In this document: in pieces, positions 1 to 10,862 of the stretch
Layout: each line of letters starts with the position of its first letter
Numbering within the stretch: the first letter of the stretch is position 1
Source: Histomonas meleagridis 2922-C6/04-290x
Taxonomy: Eukaryota > Protista > Parabasalia
Assembly: GCA_020184695.1 (NCBI GenBank)
Contig: JAANOX010000071.1
Coordinates: forward strand, 62,001-126,000
Length of the DNA: 64,000 nucleotides
Reading direction: 5' to 3'
Program-made: the position numbers and the translations under genes
Notes under the pieces: model-generated
Told to the model about the DNA's origin: nothing
What the model saw: only the letters and a program-made list of their open reading frames with translations
The model's database searches: none

Positions 1-344
1 ACAACTCCCATACTTTCTATTGCTTTGTCACGAACTACTGATTCTTCTGCAGATGCTAAAACCTTTAATGGTCCAAGTAAAACATGTGCATATTCAGGTC
101 CTCCAACATATTTGACTAAAGCTCCAAAACAACTCGCAAGATACATTTGTACTTCACCATCAAGTTGATTGGCTGACATTAAAAATTGCATCAGTTCATT
201 GCGGGCATGCTCTGGACCCATTGCTGCAGCAACCAAAGAAATGTTATTTGCTGCGAAGAGCCTATGATTTACGTTATCGCTATTTAGTTCTTCTATAAAA
301 AAATTAAGTACAAATGAAGGGTCTGCTTGCTGTTGCCTTGTCAT
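1..344 (-). CDS. PPP2R1: Protein phosphatase 2A scaffold (A/PR65) subunit, HEAT repeats; 5' part only, runs off the window start
   Basis: Manual translation from ATG at 344: MTRQQQADPSFVLNFFIEELNSDNVNHRL...VGGPEYAHVLLGPLKVLASAEESVVRDKAIES matches the PR65 HEAT1-3 pattern (VGGPEY..CLL.PLE.LA.VEETVVRDKAVES). Confidence 0.85.
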   Translation of the reverse strand, partial: MTRQQQADPSFVLNFFIEELNSDNVNHRLFAANNISLVAAAMGPEHARNELMQFLMSANQLDGEVQMYLASCFGALVKYVGGPEYAHVLLGPLKVLASAEESVVRDKAIESMGV

Positions 345-737
345 CCAATGAACTATACCCCTCTCAAAATGCAATTTAAATTTTGAATGCCAAAGAAAAC
401 GTATTTTTGGAATTGGTGTGTAGCAAATCTGCTTGCCATTAAAGATAAAGTAGGAACTGTACCTTGGTTAAACTCACCAGCTTGCCAACTTTCCTGTTTG
501 ATTTTTTTCGATAATAAAAAATTTTTTTTCGATGAGTGATAATAATTTATTTTAAAATATATTTATCAAGGAAATAACCAAGGCACTATAAAACGCAACA
601 TATTAAATACCATAACTTCTTTATATTAATTTTTAAAGATGTATTATAAAAGTAATTTGCAGATAGGATAAAAAAATTATTCATAATTTCGAAAATAATT
701 TGATTTGAAAAAAGGAAAGAATAACATTTTATTAAAA

Positions 738-2132
738 TTAATGATGAACAACTTTTCGAACTCTTTTTCGTATAATAGTTTTCTTTACTGGCGAAGGAGC
801 GTTTGCTGAAGAAGTGCTGTGATTATCGCTTTGAACTGTTTGTGAGTTAAGGCGTTGTTGTAGCCTTTGTTGCACGGCTCTTTGCTGAGCAGATGTGCTC
901 GAGCTTACAACAAGAGGATTTGGTTTTGGCGATGCGTTTTCTTTTTTATTCTTTTCTGTAGGCTCAAAAAAGTCATCATCAGTCACTTGCACAACTTCAT
1001 CACGTTGTTGCATGGATTGGTTCTGAATTGTTTTTTGGTTTTGTTCATTTTGACAATTATCAGGCGGTTTTCTATCGGCTTCCTTTGATGCTTCGATTTG
1101 ATGTCTTAAACGCTGTTGTATTGCGGCTTGTTCCGCAGTTGTTTTGCTTGCTTGCACTAGTGGATTAGGTTTGTGCTCTTGTTCTTGTGCTGGCATTGGA
1201 ATAAAATCAATTTTTTCTTCATTTTCTTCATCTGACCAAAAAGATTCCTCATTTTCTTCTTTAATATCAGATTTGCGATAGAGTATTGGCATGGGATTTT
1301 GCGATTCTTCATCACTTTGTGACTCTTCTTCGTTATTTTCTTCTTGTATTAATTTGAAAATTTTGGATTCTTTGATTTCAGGAATATTCTGTGATGGTTG
1401 AAAAACAGGTGATTTTAAGCCAACCTTCGAGTCTTCTTCAGGGAAATACTTTCTAAGTGATTCATTGGTGATGTATCGTTTCGAATTATTAAATGAAGAT
1501 ATCTGAAAAGATCGCAATGATTCATCAGAAAAACGGAAAAGCGTTGAGTATACCTTTCTTTTTGTTGAGAGAAGGGGCAGTTGTAGCCAATTGAATAGTT
1601 CTTTGAGTCCGGAATTTGTTTTTAGACTTCCAGCAACGTATGAAAACCTTTTCAGGTAATAAACAAGAGGCTCTGGTATGAGAGGTCTTGTACTATGATC
1701 ATCATAAAAATTTGAAAAAACGATAATTTGGATATCTTCTGGTGCTTGGCTAATAATCTTTTCTGCATAATTGATTGACTCTTGAGAGCGGTGGTCAATC
1801 ATAATAATCACTCCATTTGCTTTTTTATGAAATTCATAAAGATTGGTTGTATGAATTGTATCCAATATCGTAAATTCACAACTTGATTTATCTCGAGGTG
1901 ATTGCCAGTGAAGAACATACTTTTCTATTGATTTTGATGGTTCATATTTTGTATCAAATAATTCTCCTTTCATGAGTTTGAAAAGAGTTGATTTCCCTGT
2001 TTTTTTTGCTCCGCATATAAGAACAAGTGACTCAAATTTTAGCAATGATGAATATTTTAAAAATATTTCTTGTTCTAGTTTTGAGTCTGCTGTGGGGCCA
2101 AGTCCAACTGGTTGTGTTTGCTCGTTCCCCAT
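738..2132 (-). CDS. Rab-like GTPase domain protein (RABL6/RBEL1-like) with acidic, Q-rich disordered C-terminus
   Basis: 464-aa ORF with P-loop GAKKTGKS, 'FDTKYEPS', 'ILDT' and 'GVIIMID', an MG N-terminus and a long low-complexity tail. Confidence 0.6.
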   Translation of the reverse strand: MGNEQTQPVGLGPTADSKLEQEIFLKYSSLLKFESLVLICGAKKTGKSTLFKLMKGELFDTKYEPSKSIEKYVLHWQSPRDKSSCEFTILDTIHTTNLYEFHKKANGVIIMIDHRSQESINYAEKIISQAPEDIQIIVFSNFYDDHSTRPLIPEPLVYYLKRFSYVAGSLKTNSGLKELFNWLQLPLLSTKRKVYSTLFRFSDESLRSFQISSFNNSKRYITNESLRKYFPEEDSKVGLKSPVFQPSQNIPEIKESKIFKLIQEENNEEESQSDEESQNPMPILYRKSDIKEENEESFWSDEENEEKIDFIPMPAQEQEHKPNPLVQASKTTAEQAAIQQRLRHQIEASKEADRKPPDNCQNEQNQKTIQNQSMQQRDEVVQVTDDDFFEPTEKNKKENASPKPNPLVVSSSTSAQQRAVQQRLQQRLNSQTVQSDNHSTSSANAPSPVKKTIIRKRVRKVVHH

Positions 2133-2817
2133 TTCTGATTCAACGATTATTTATCATACAAAAAACAACTTTTTGAAAATGGTTTATTTCATTATGGTAT
2201 TTAAAAAAGAATAAATTTAAATTTCCTAAATGGAAAGAAGGTAATTAGCAATTTATTTAGATCTACAAAAATCTTATGTTTTTCAATCGAAGACAATATA
2301 AAATTACTTTCCTGAAAATTGATACATAAACTAAAAATCAATTTAATCATATGATGTAAACATACTTTCTATTACATAACAAATTTATAAGAGAGGTCCT
2401 AAAACATGTTTTTCTGGATTTTTTTTCTAGATAAAAATCTAAATAAACACAAAAGTGTATTGATATATACGGAAGAAAAAAATGTTTTTAATATTAGATG
2501 GATTACTTAATGTTAAATAAAGCAAATAAGACTAATTGCAATTTCTTTGATGAGAAGCATCTTTCATACAATAAATTTTATAATCACAAAATAACTTAAA
2601 TTCATAAAAAAAAATACACTACAACATGTGCGTTTTCGGATCATAAAAAAAATTTTTTAATGATATATATTAAAGATATATAATATTATAACTACTCCTT
2701 ACTAAGTAATTTAATTACATTTCTTTAGCCTTTGGTATGTGCATAAATATGCGCTATTTTAAAAAAATTCATGGAATTTCAAATATTTTCTAAAAATAAT
2801 AAATTATTACAACAAAT

Positions 2818-5800
2818 TTCATTATCATAGATATCGATTCCTTCTAGTTCGAAAATTCTTTTAACTATATCATTGTAACGTTTTTCAGATGCTATTATAA
2901 GTGCTGTTTTAAATATTTTTTTTAATATCCAAATATTATCTAAAACCATTAAATTATAAAAACATTCATTGAATAATTCATATAAATATCTTTAGCATTA
3001 ATATCAATTCCATCTTGTTTAAGAAGTAATTCAATTATTTCACGGCAACCTTTTTCAGATGCTATTATAAGTGCTGTTTTAAATAATTTAAATAAATTCC
3101 AAATATTATCTAAAACCATTAAATTATAAAAACATTCATTAAATAATTCATATAAATATCTTTAGCATTAATATCAATTCCATCTTGTTTAAGAAGTAAT
3201 TCAACTAAATCATAGTTCTCTTTTTCAGATGCTATTATAAGTGCTGTTTTAAATAATTCAAATAAATTCCAAATATTATCTAAAAATATCAAATTACAAA
3301 AATATTCATTGAATAATTCATATTAATATCTTTAGCATTAATATCAATTCCTTTTTGTTCAAGAAGTAATTTAACTAAATCATATTTATCTTTTTCAGAT
3401 GCTATTATAAGTGCTGTTTTAAATAATCTTAATAATTTACAAATATTATCTAAAACCATTAAATTATAAAAACATTCATTAAATAATTCATATTAATATC
3501 TTTAGCATTAATATCAATTCCATCTTGTTTAAGAAGTAATTCAATTATTTCACGGCAACCTTTTTCAGATGCTATTATAAGTGCTGTTTTAAATATTTTG
3601 AATGATTTCCGAGTGTTATTTTAAAACATCAAATTATTAAAATGAATATTAAATAAAACAAATAAATATCTTTTGCATTAATATCAATTCCTTCTTTTTT
3701 AAGAAGTAATTGAACTATTTCTGTATGAAAATATGCACATGCAATAACAAGAGGTGTTCTAAATAATATAAATAATTTCCAAATATTTTTAGAAAATATC
3801 AAGTTATTTATTCAATATTTAAAATAATTGAAAAAATATTTTTAGTATTGATATCGATACCTTTTTGTTCAAGAAGTAATTTAACAATGTCAGTGCACCC
3901 ATATTGAATTGCATTCATAAGCGCTGTATTAAATAATATAAATAATTTCCAAATATTAAATTGAAATATTAAATTATTTAATCAAATTCGAAAATAAATA
4001 AATAAATATCTTTAGTATTGATATCAATTCCTTTTTGTTCAAGAAGTAATTTAACAATATCCATACAGCCATATGCAGATGATAAAATAAATGCTGTTTT
4101 AAATAATTTAAATAATTTCCAAATATTATTTTGAAATAGAAAATTATTAAAATAAATCCAAAATAAAACAAATAAATATCTTTAGCATTAATATCAATCC
4201 CTTCTTGCTCAAGAAGTAATTTAACTATTTCATTATAACCATATTGAGATGCATGAATAAGTGCTGTTTTAAACACTTTAAATAGATTTCATATCCTATT
4301 TTGAAAATTTATATGATAAAAATATTCATTGGATAAAATATATAAATATCTTTAGCATTGATATCAATTCCTTTTTGTTCAAGAAGTAATTTAACTATTT
4401 CTGTATTGCCAAATTCAGATGCAATAATAAGTACTGTTTTAAATAATTTGAATAATTACCAAATATTATTTTTATACACTAAATATTTGAAACAAACATT
4501 GATGACTTGAAAAGAACATTTTTAGCATTAATTTTAACATTTTGTTTGTTAAGTACCGACTTAATTATTTTTATATAACCTTTTTTAACAGCAAAAATAA
4601 GAGAATTGGTAAATAATTTAAATGATTTTCACATTTTTTGTTGAAATTTCAAATTATTTAAATGAGCATTAAAGAGAATAAAAAAATATAACTTGTATCA
4701 AAATCAACATTTTCATATTCAAGAAATAGTTTTATTAGTTCAGTATAATCATAATGAAATGCAATCATAAATGCTGTATGAAATAATTTAAATAATTTCC
4801 AAATATTATTTTGAAATATCGAACTAAAAAAAGAAATATTAAATAAAATGAATAAATATCTTTAGCATTAACATCAATTCCTTCTTGTTCAAGAAGTAAT
4901 TTAACAATATCATAATTATTATATTGAGATGCACAAATAAGTGCTGTTCTAAAAAATATAAAAGTATTCCAAAAAGTATATAAAAACATCAAATTATTTA
5001 ACGAAATTATAAATAAAATGAATAAATATCCTTCGCATTAATATCTATTCCTTCTTGTTTGAGAAAGATTTTAACGATTTCTATATAACCATACCAACAT
5101 GCAATAAAGAAAGCAGTTCTAAATAATTTATATAATTTTCAAATATTATTTTATAACCCAAAATTATTAAAATGAATTCTATATAAAACAAAGAAATATT
5201 TTGAGCTCTAATATCAATTCCTTTTTGATCAAGAAGTAATTTAACTATATTTAAATGACCATTTTTGGAAGCTATAATAAGTGGCGTATTAAATAATTTA
5301 AGTAATTTCCATTTATTATTTTAAAATATTCTTATGTTAAATAAATTAATATCTTTCGCATTAATATCAATTCCTTCATGTTCAAGAAGTAATTTAACTA
5401 TTTCTATTTGACCTCTTTGGGAAGTTTTCAAAATTGCTATTTCAAACAGAATTTTAAAATGTTAAATTATTAAAATAAATTACCAATAAAATTTAAAAAC
5501 AAGTTTTGGTTTAATGAATCTTTTCGATTCAAGAAGATATTTAACGATTTCAACATTATCTTTGCTAATTGCTAGATTAAATTCTTCACTAAATTATTAG
5601 GTTTAATCATAAATTGTGTATTGAAATATCAAACTATTGAAATAAACTTGAAAAACATAAAACAAATTTTATTATTTTCATTTCCTTCTTTTTCAAGAAG
5701 CATTTTAAATATATCAGAATACCCATAAGAAATTGTTTGCAACATGATTGTTGGAAATATTTTAAATAATTCCCAAAAAAAATTTAAAATCAAATCACAA

Positions 5801-6500
5801 AAATATATTATAACAGCGGTATCAATTGCTTCTTTTTCAATAAGACTTTTAATTATTTCTCTATAACCTTTTTTATATGCTTTCATATGTGCTGTTTCAA
5901 ATAATTTAATTAATTTCCAAATACTATTTTGGAATATCAAATTATTAAAATAAATCCAAAATAAAACAAATAAATATCTTTAGCATTAATATCAATCCCT
6001 TCTTGCTCAAGAAGTAATTTAACTATTTCATTATAACCATATTGAGATGCTAAAATAAGTGCTGTATCAAATATTTTAAATAATTTCCAAATACTGTTTT
6101 TAAACCCATAATTATTAAGATAAATTTTAATTAAACCAAATAAATACCTTCAGCATTAATATCAATTCCTTCTTGTTCAAGAAGTAATTTAACTATTTCT
6201 GTATAACCATATCGAGATGCTGATGTAAGTGCTGTATCAAATATTTTAAATAATTTCCAAATATTATTTTGAAATATCAAATTATTAAAATAAATTTTAA
6301 TTAAAACAAATAAATACCTTTAGCATTAATATCAATTCCTTCTTGTTCAAGAAGTAATTTAACAATTTCTGTATTACCCTTTTCAGATGATATTATAAGT
6401 GCTGTTTTAAATAATTTAAATAATTTCCAAATATTATTTTGAAATAAGAAATTATTAAAATAAATATTAAATAAAACAAATAAATATCTTTAGCATTAAT
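2818..6500 (-). repeat. Ankyrin array A: ~22 units, mostly 170 bp (90-nt ankyrin module plus 80-nt AU-rich spacer)
   Basis: Period 170 is verifiable from module starts (plus-strand spacer starts at 2908, 3078, 3248, 3418, 3588, 3758, 3928 ... 6066, 6236, 6406). Each module translates as TALxxASxxGxxEIVKLLLEQEGIDINAKD. Confidence 0.95.
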
Positions 6501-7704
6501 ATCAATTCCTTCTTGCTTTAAAAGATATTTAATGAGATCAATATTTCCTCCTGATTCCAACGAATAAACTAAAATATCTTGTGGAAGATTATTTTTAAGG
6601 AAATGTCTGATAAGATATATATTATTTGCATAATGGGAATATTGTGTAATAATTTTGTCAATATTGTTTTTTTCATCCAGAAATGAAAGAATTTCATAAC
6701 TATCAAAGTAACTTCTGTTACATTGGAAGAGAGAACTGATTTTTGCTATTTTATTTTCTACTGAATCTTCTAAATTTATATATTTATTCATAAAGATATT
6801 TAAAGATATCATTTTGATGGAATTCAATTGCAGTTTCATATGCATTTTTAAATGATGAATGATTTTGTTCACATAAATGAATTATCTCCAAATTTCCACC
6901 TGCAACTGCATATTTACCTGTGTCTTCTATTTTAGAACCATTCATAAGTAAATATTTAAAACAATTTACTGAACCAAAAAATGCAGCAAAATTAATTAAT
7001 GAAACGTCTTCTTTATTAATGAATGAAAATCGTTCATAAAGTGATGGTTGAATTTTCTGATTAAAATTGAAATTATTTTGTGATGATATTTCTTGAAGTT
7101 TTTCGATTTCATCATTTCGAATTATTTTTGATATTTCATTTGGATTAACTCCTTCTTTAACATATTTCTTATGAAGTTCCCAATTATTCTTTGATAGTTC
7201 TCTGTATTTGCGAATAAAAACATAACTAAATTTAACACCATCATCCATAATTTCATTCATTTTTTTGTATTGCGAAAAATATTTTGATTTAATGTTTTGT
7301 GTAATATTTGAATCAATTACATTATTCTCAATCATTCTTTCAATAATATAATAAGCTTCTTCTGATTCTTTCTTAGATATATAGTTGGTAAAAATTTCAA
7401 TGATTTTGGGATTATTTTTGTTGATTTCTTCTTCTTTTGTTTGAATAACTTTTAAATAATTTAAATATAAATCAAATTCATGCTTCTGAGAATAAAATGC
7501 CGAGTAAACTAATTTACTGACAATAAAATTGAATGAATATGGAAAATTTATATCAAACAATTTAATTGTTTGTTGAACTGAAGTATCAAATGTTTCTTCT
7601 GACAAATTCAGTATGATTTGCTCAAGAGTAATAAGTAATTCCATATCTGAACTTACCTCTATAGAATAATTTGTCGTGAGATTGTATTCTTGCTCATCAC
7701 ACAT
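6486..7704 (-). CDS. N-terminal DUF3447-like head of ankyrin gene A; one frameshift near 6790 joins ORFs 6784-7704 and 6393-6872
   Basis: Trichomonad ankyrin-gene head motifs IIRNDEIEKLQ, FAAFFGSVNCFKYLL, YAVAGGNLEIIHLCEQ, AIEFHQNDIF. It continues into the first ank module after a 2-nt gap in the A-run at YE(N)K; the paralog reads YENK. Confidence 0.75.
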
Positions 7705-8152
7705 ATGAAGGTTCTAAAACAGAAATGGAGTACGATAGGATGGTTATTTTTTTGATGATCTTGTATCTCAAGATGTCGTTAATATTTTTAGAAATTAAGA
7801 ATGAAACATACGAGTGAGAAGAAAGCTCAAAAATATTGTTTAACAATTACAGCAAGTTTTAACTCCAGCACATTTCCAATTATAATTGGACTCTATAGAG
7901 TCTATATTAAATTCATTAAAAAATCAATTCTCTTATACATTATATGGAACAACTAATATTGAAAAAGATTGAAGATTATTTTGTTTCAATAAAATGATTT
8001 TATTCAAATCAAATTCTTGCGTTAATTCTTGTAGTACAGAACGATTTAAGTAAATTTTAATTATTTTGATTGGCGCAACACAAAATGAGAGGTGTGTGAA
8101 AAACAGATTAAAAACTTTTAATTAAAAAATAAAAAAGGAACTTAAAATGTCT

Positions 8153-8407
8153 TTATACAAAAGAAAATGGACGTTTCGCTTTGAACCCTGTTGAACTCTG
8201 AGGCACTTCAAATAAGCTACGAAGAATTTCGTTGAATTGAGATGCAGGTAAAAATTGTGAAGATCTTTCATTAAACCATTGCATGATCATTGGAATTACC
8301 AGTTCCTTGTTTTCAGACGTGGGATAAAACAATCTTACTGCCTCAAGAAGAATAATTTGATTTTCTACTTCAAGCTCATCCATTAAAAAAACCGCCAAAA
8401 CCTCCAA
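8153..8407 (-). pseudogene. Orphan helical-protein C-terminal fragment
   Basis: 84-aa ORF with protein-like composition but no proper ATG in context; the upstream frame is broken. Confidence 0.3.
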
Positions 8408-8912
8408 ATAATGTTATACCGCCCCAATTTTTTATCGGCACTGGTAAACTACAGAAAATAATAAGATATCCTTTCTCTCGTACTAGAGTCCAATAAAATT
8501 GTTAAAACTATTTATAATCTCTTTAAATGGAAATTATAAATTTACACAAAACAAAATATACAGAAAATAATGTTATATTTTTTCCTGAATTTCTTTTTTT
8601 CCTTTCGACTTTAAGTATGCCAACAGAGGAAATATCCACATTATTCAAGGAGAAATAATACAGCATTAATTTGCGGAGGGTGAATATGGTTAATGTATAC
8701 ATAATGCATTAAATGAGAGGATTGTTTTAAAAAATAATATATAATGAACAATGGGTAAAATTAAGTAAATAACTTAAAATAATATTTATATGAAAATTTT
8801 AAATAAAGTTTCATGCATAAAACAATAAAAAATGATATATATATTTTTAACGGCTGCGAGCATTGACTAACTTTATTTGAACATTATGAAATATTCACAA
8901 TGTTTGTTTGAA

Positions 8913-8917
8913 TCACT
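8913..8917 (+). promoter_or_regulatory. Trichomonad initiator (Inr) TCACT upstream of the proteasome gene
   Basis: TCACT 9 nt before ATG 8926. The same motif occurs at 10855, 28721 and 29547, each just before a start codon. Confidence 0.65.
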
Positions 8918-8925
8918 AATCGAAT

Positions 8926-9681
8926 ATGACTTACCGATATGACTCAGGAACTACAACTTTCTCATCTGACGGCAGAATCCTTCAAGTTGAATATGCAATT
9001 CAATCCGTAAACCAGGCAGGAACTGTTATTGGTGTTCAATTTGAAAATGGTGTAGTTCTTGCAGCTGAAAAAAAGAATACAGGCCGATTAGTAGATTATT
9101 TATTCCCTGAAAAAATGGCCAAAATTGATCAGCATGTGATTGTTGCGCTTGCTGGAATGACTGCAGATGCAAATAATCTTATTGAATTTATGAGAACTAT
9201 TGGACAGTCATATTTGGAAACATATAATGAACCAATCCCATTAGAGCAATTAGTTCGCAGAGTTTGCGATAAGAAACATAGTTATACACAATATGGTGGT
9301 CTTCGTCCATATGGAGTTTCATTTTTAATAGCAGGATATGATAAAAACAAAGGATGCCAGCTCTACCTCACAGATCCATCAGGGAATTATGGTGGATGGA
9401 AGGCAACAGCAATCGGTGAGAATAATCAAACAGCACAATCTATTCTTAAATCACAATACAAAGACGACATGAACGCTACAGAAGCTATGGATTTAACAGT
9501 TAAGGTTCTTTGTAAGACACTTGATTCAACAAGCTTAAGTGCAGATAAATTAGAATTTGCTGTTTTACAATACCGTGAAGAATATGGGCCAAAAGTTAGA
9601 ATCTTGACAACTTCGGAAGTTGAGACTCTTATGAAACGTTATGAAGAAACAATTAAAGCTACTGCTGCAGAAAAGGAATAA
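8926..9681 (+). CDS. PSMA4: 20S proteasome subunit alpha type-4 (alpha3)
   Basis: MTYRYDSGTTTFSSDGRILQVEYA alpha signature, YTQYGGLRPYGVSFL, DPSGNYGGWKATAIG. Confidence 0.95.
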   Translation: MTYRYDSGTTTFSSDGRILQVEYAIQSVNQAGTVIGVQFENGVVLAAEKKNTGRLVDYLFPEKMAKIDQHVIVALAGMTADANNLIEFMRTIGQSYLETYNEPIPLEQLVRRVCDKKHSYTQYGGLRPYGVSFLIAGYDKNKGCQLYLTDPSGNYGGWKATAIGENNQTAQSILKSQYKDDMNATEAMDLTVKVLCKTLDSTSLSADKLEFAVLQYREEYGPKVRILTTSEVETLMKRYEETIKATAAEKE

Positions 9682-9821
9682 ATGATATTTTGATAACTTT
9701 ACAAATCTTTAAATTGTTTACACACAATAAACTATACCAAACAAACTCTGTTAATTCTTCAAACCAAAGTTTTTGAATTTTTCTATCGAATTTTACGGCT
9801 CAAAATTGGCCTTTCCTAAAA

Positions 9822-10355
9822 ATGTTCGCCAAATTAGATGAGAACAAGCTCAAAAAGAAAGCTACATTAAAAAACAACCTCCTCCAAAAACTCAAAACAG
9901 AAGCAAAGAAATATATGAAGGGTTTTGAAGAAATCGAAGATAAACTTTTCCCAAAGAAAACTGTTGTTGTTGTTTACCATTTAGAGAACCACTTAGAACT
10001 TTATGCTGTTCAAGATAAACCTGTGCTTTTCCGTTTGGGTTCTGGTCAAGTTTTTCCGCATCTTTTTATCGCCATGTCTTATCCAGGAATGCTCCCTGCT
10101 GTATACGTTGATGATGGAGCAGTTCGTGCTTTGCTCCGTGGCGCAGATTTAATGGCACCAGGTATCAAACAATTGCCAGAACCATTTGAAGCTGGCCAAG
10201 TAATTGAAATTCGCCTTCTTGAACAAACAGTACCATTTGCACTCGGTTTAGCAAAAGTCGATTCTACTGAGATTAATGCCAATACAAAAGGTGTAGCAAT
10301 CGAAATTGTTCATATCCTTAAAGATGACCTTTGGAACAAACGTAATGGCCTTTAA
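9822..10355 (+). CDS. MCTS1: MCT-1/Tma20-like PUA-domain translation re-initiation factor
   Basis: VYVDDGAVRALLRGADLMAPG, KGVAIEIVHILKDDLW PUA C-terminus. Confidence 0.85.
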   Translation: MFAKLDENKLKKKATLKNNLLQKLKTEAKKYMKGFEEIEDKLFPKKTVVVVYHLENHLELYAVQDKPVLFRLGSGQVFPHLFIAMSYPGMLPAVYVDDGAVRALLRGADLMAPGIKQLPEPFEAGQVIEIRLLEQTVPFALGLAKVDSTEINANTKGVAIEIVHILKDDLWNKRNGL

Positions 10356-10458
10356 GCCATATGACAATGATGTTTAACCCAAATAACTAAATTAATAATT
10401 AAATCTTTTATTTAATTCACATGAACTTCTATTCTATTAATATAAAGAGAATTTAACA

Positions 10459-10791
10459 TCAATTTCTTGTGTATTCTTTTAAAATTTCTTTTCTGTTTTT
10501 TATTTCGTCATTTAAGTGATTGATATATGATATAAATTCTGAATTTTTTTCAGATATTTCTTTGATTTTTTGAGAAAAACATTTTAACTCACACCTCTTT
10601 TTATCGCTTAGTTGTGATAAATTATTTTTCTTTAATGTTATTAGATCTTCTTCTAAAATCATTTTATTTTCTTTTTCTTTTTGAATTAATTGCTTTAGGA
10701 ATAAAACTTCTTGCTTTTCAAGTTCGATTTCTGTTTCTAATTCAGCTTTTTTCTGTTGAAGAATTTTCAAACATTCATTAAGTTCTTCCAT
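10459..10791 (-). CDS. Small coiled-coil hypothetical protein
   Basis: 110-aa ATG-initiated heptad-rich ORF. Confidence 0.5.
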   Translation of the reverse strand: MEELNECLKILQQKKAELETEIELEKQEVLFLKQLIQKEKENKMILEEDLITLKKNNLSQLSDKKRCELKCFSQKIKEISEKNSEFISYINHLNDEIKNRKEILKEYTRN

Positions 10792-10862
10792 ATGCGAACG
10801 TTTAATATTTTTGTGTCAACATACGTTTATTATTAGGAAAGTGGCAAACTGATTTCACTTTT

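Noticed and set aside
3974-4992. Short ORFs ending ...IIFGNYLNYLKQHL as independent small membrane proteins
   Set aside because: They are out-of-frame read-through of spacers between ankyrin modules, and the hydrophobicity is a by-product of U-richness.
2818-6500. CRISPR-like repeat-spacer array
   Set aside because: The context is eukaryotic, there are no cas genes, the 'repeat' encodes ankyrin, and the spacers are homologous to each other.
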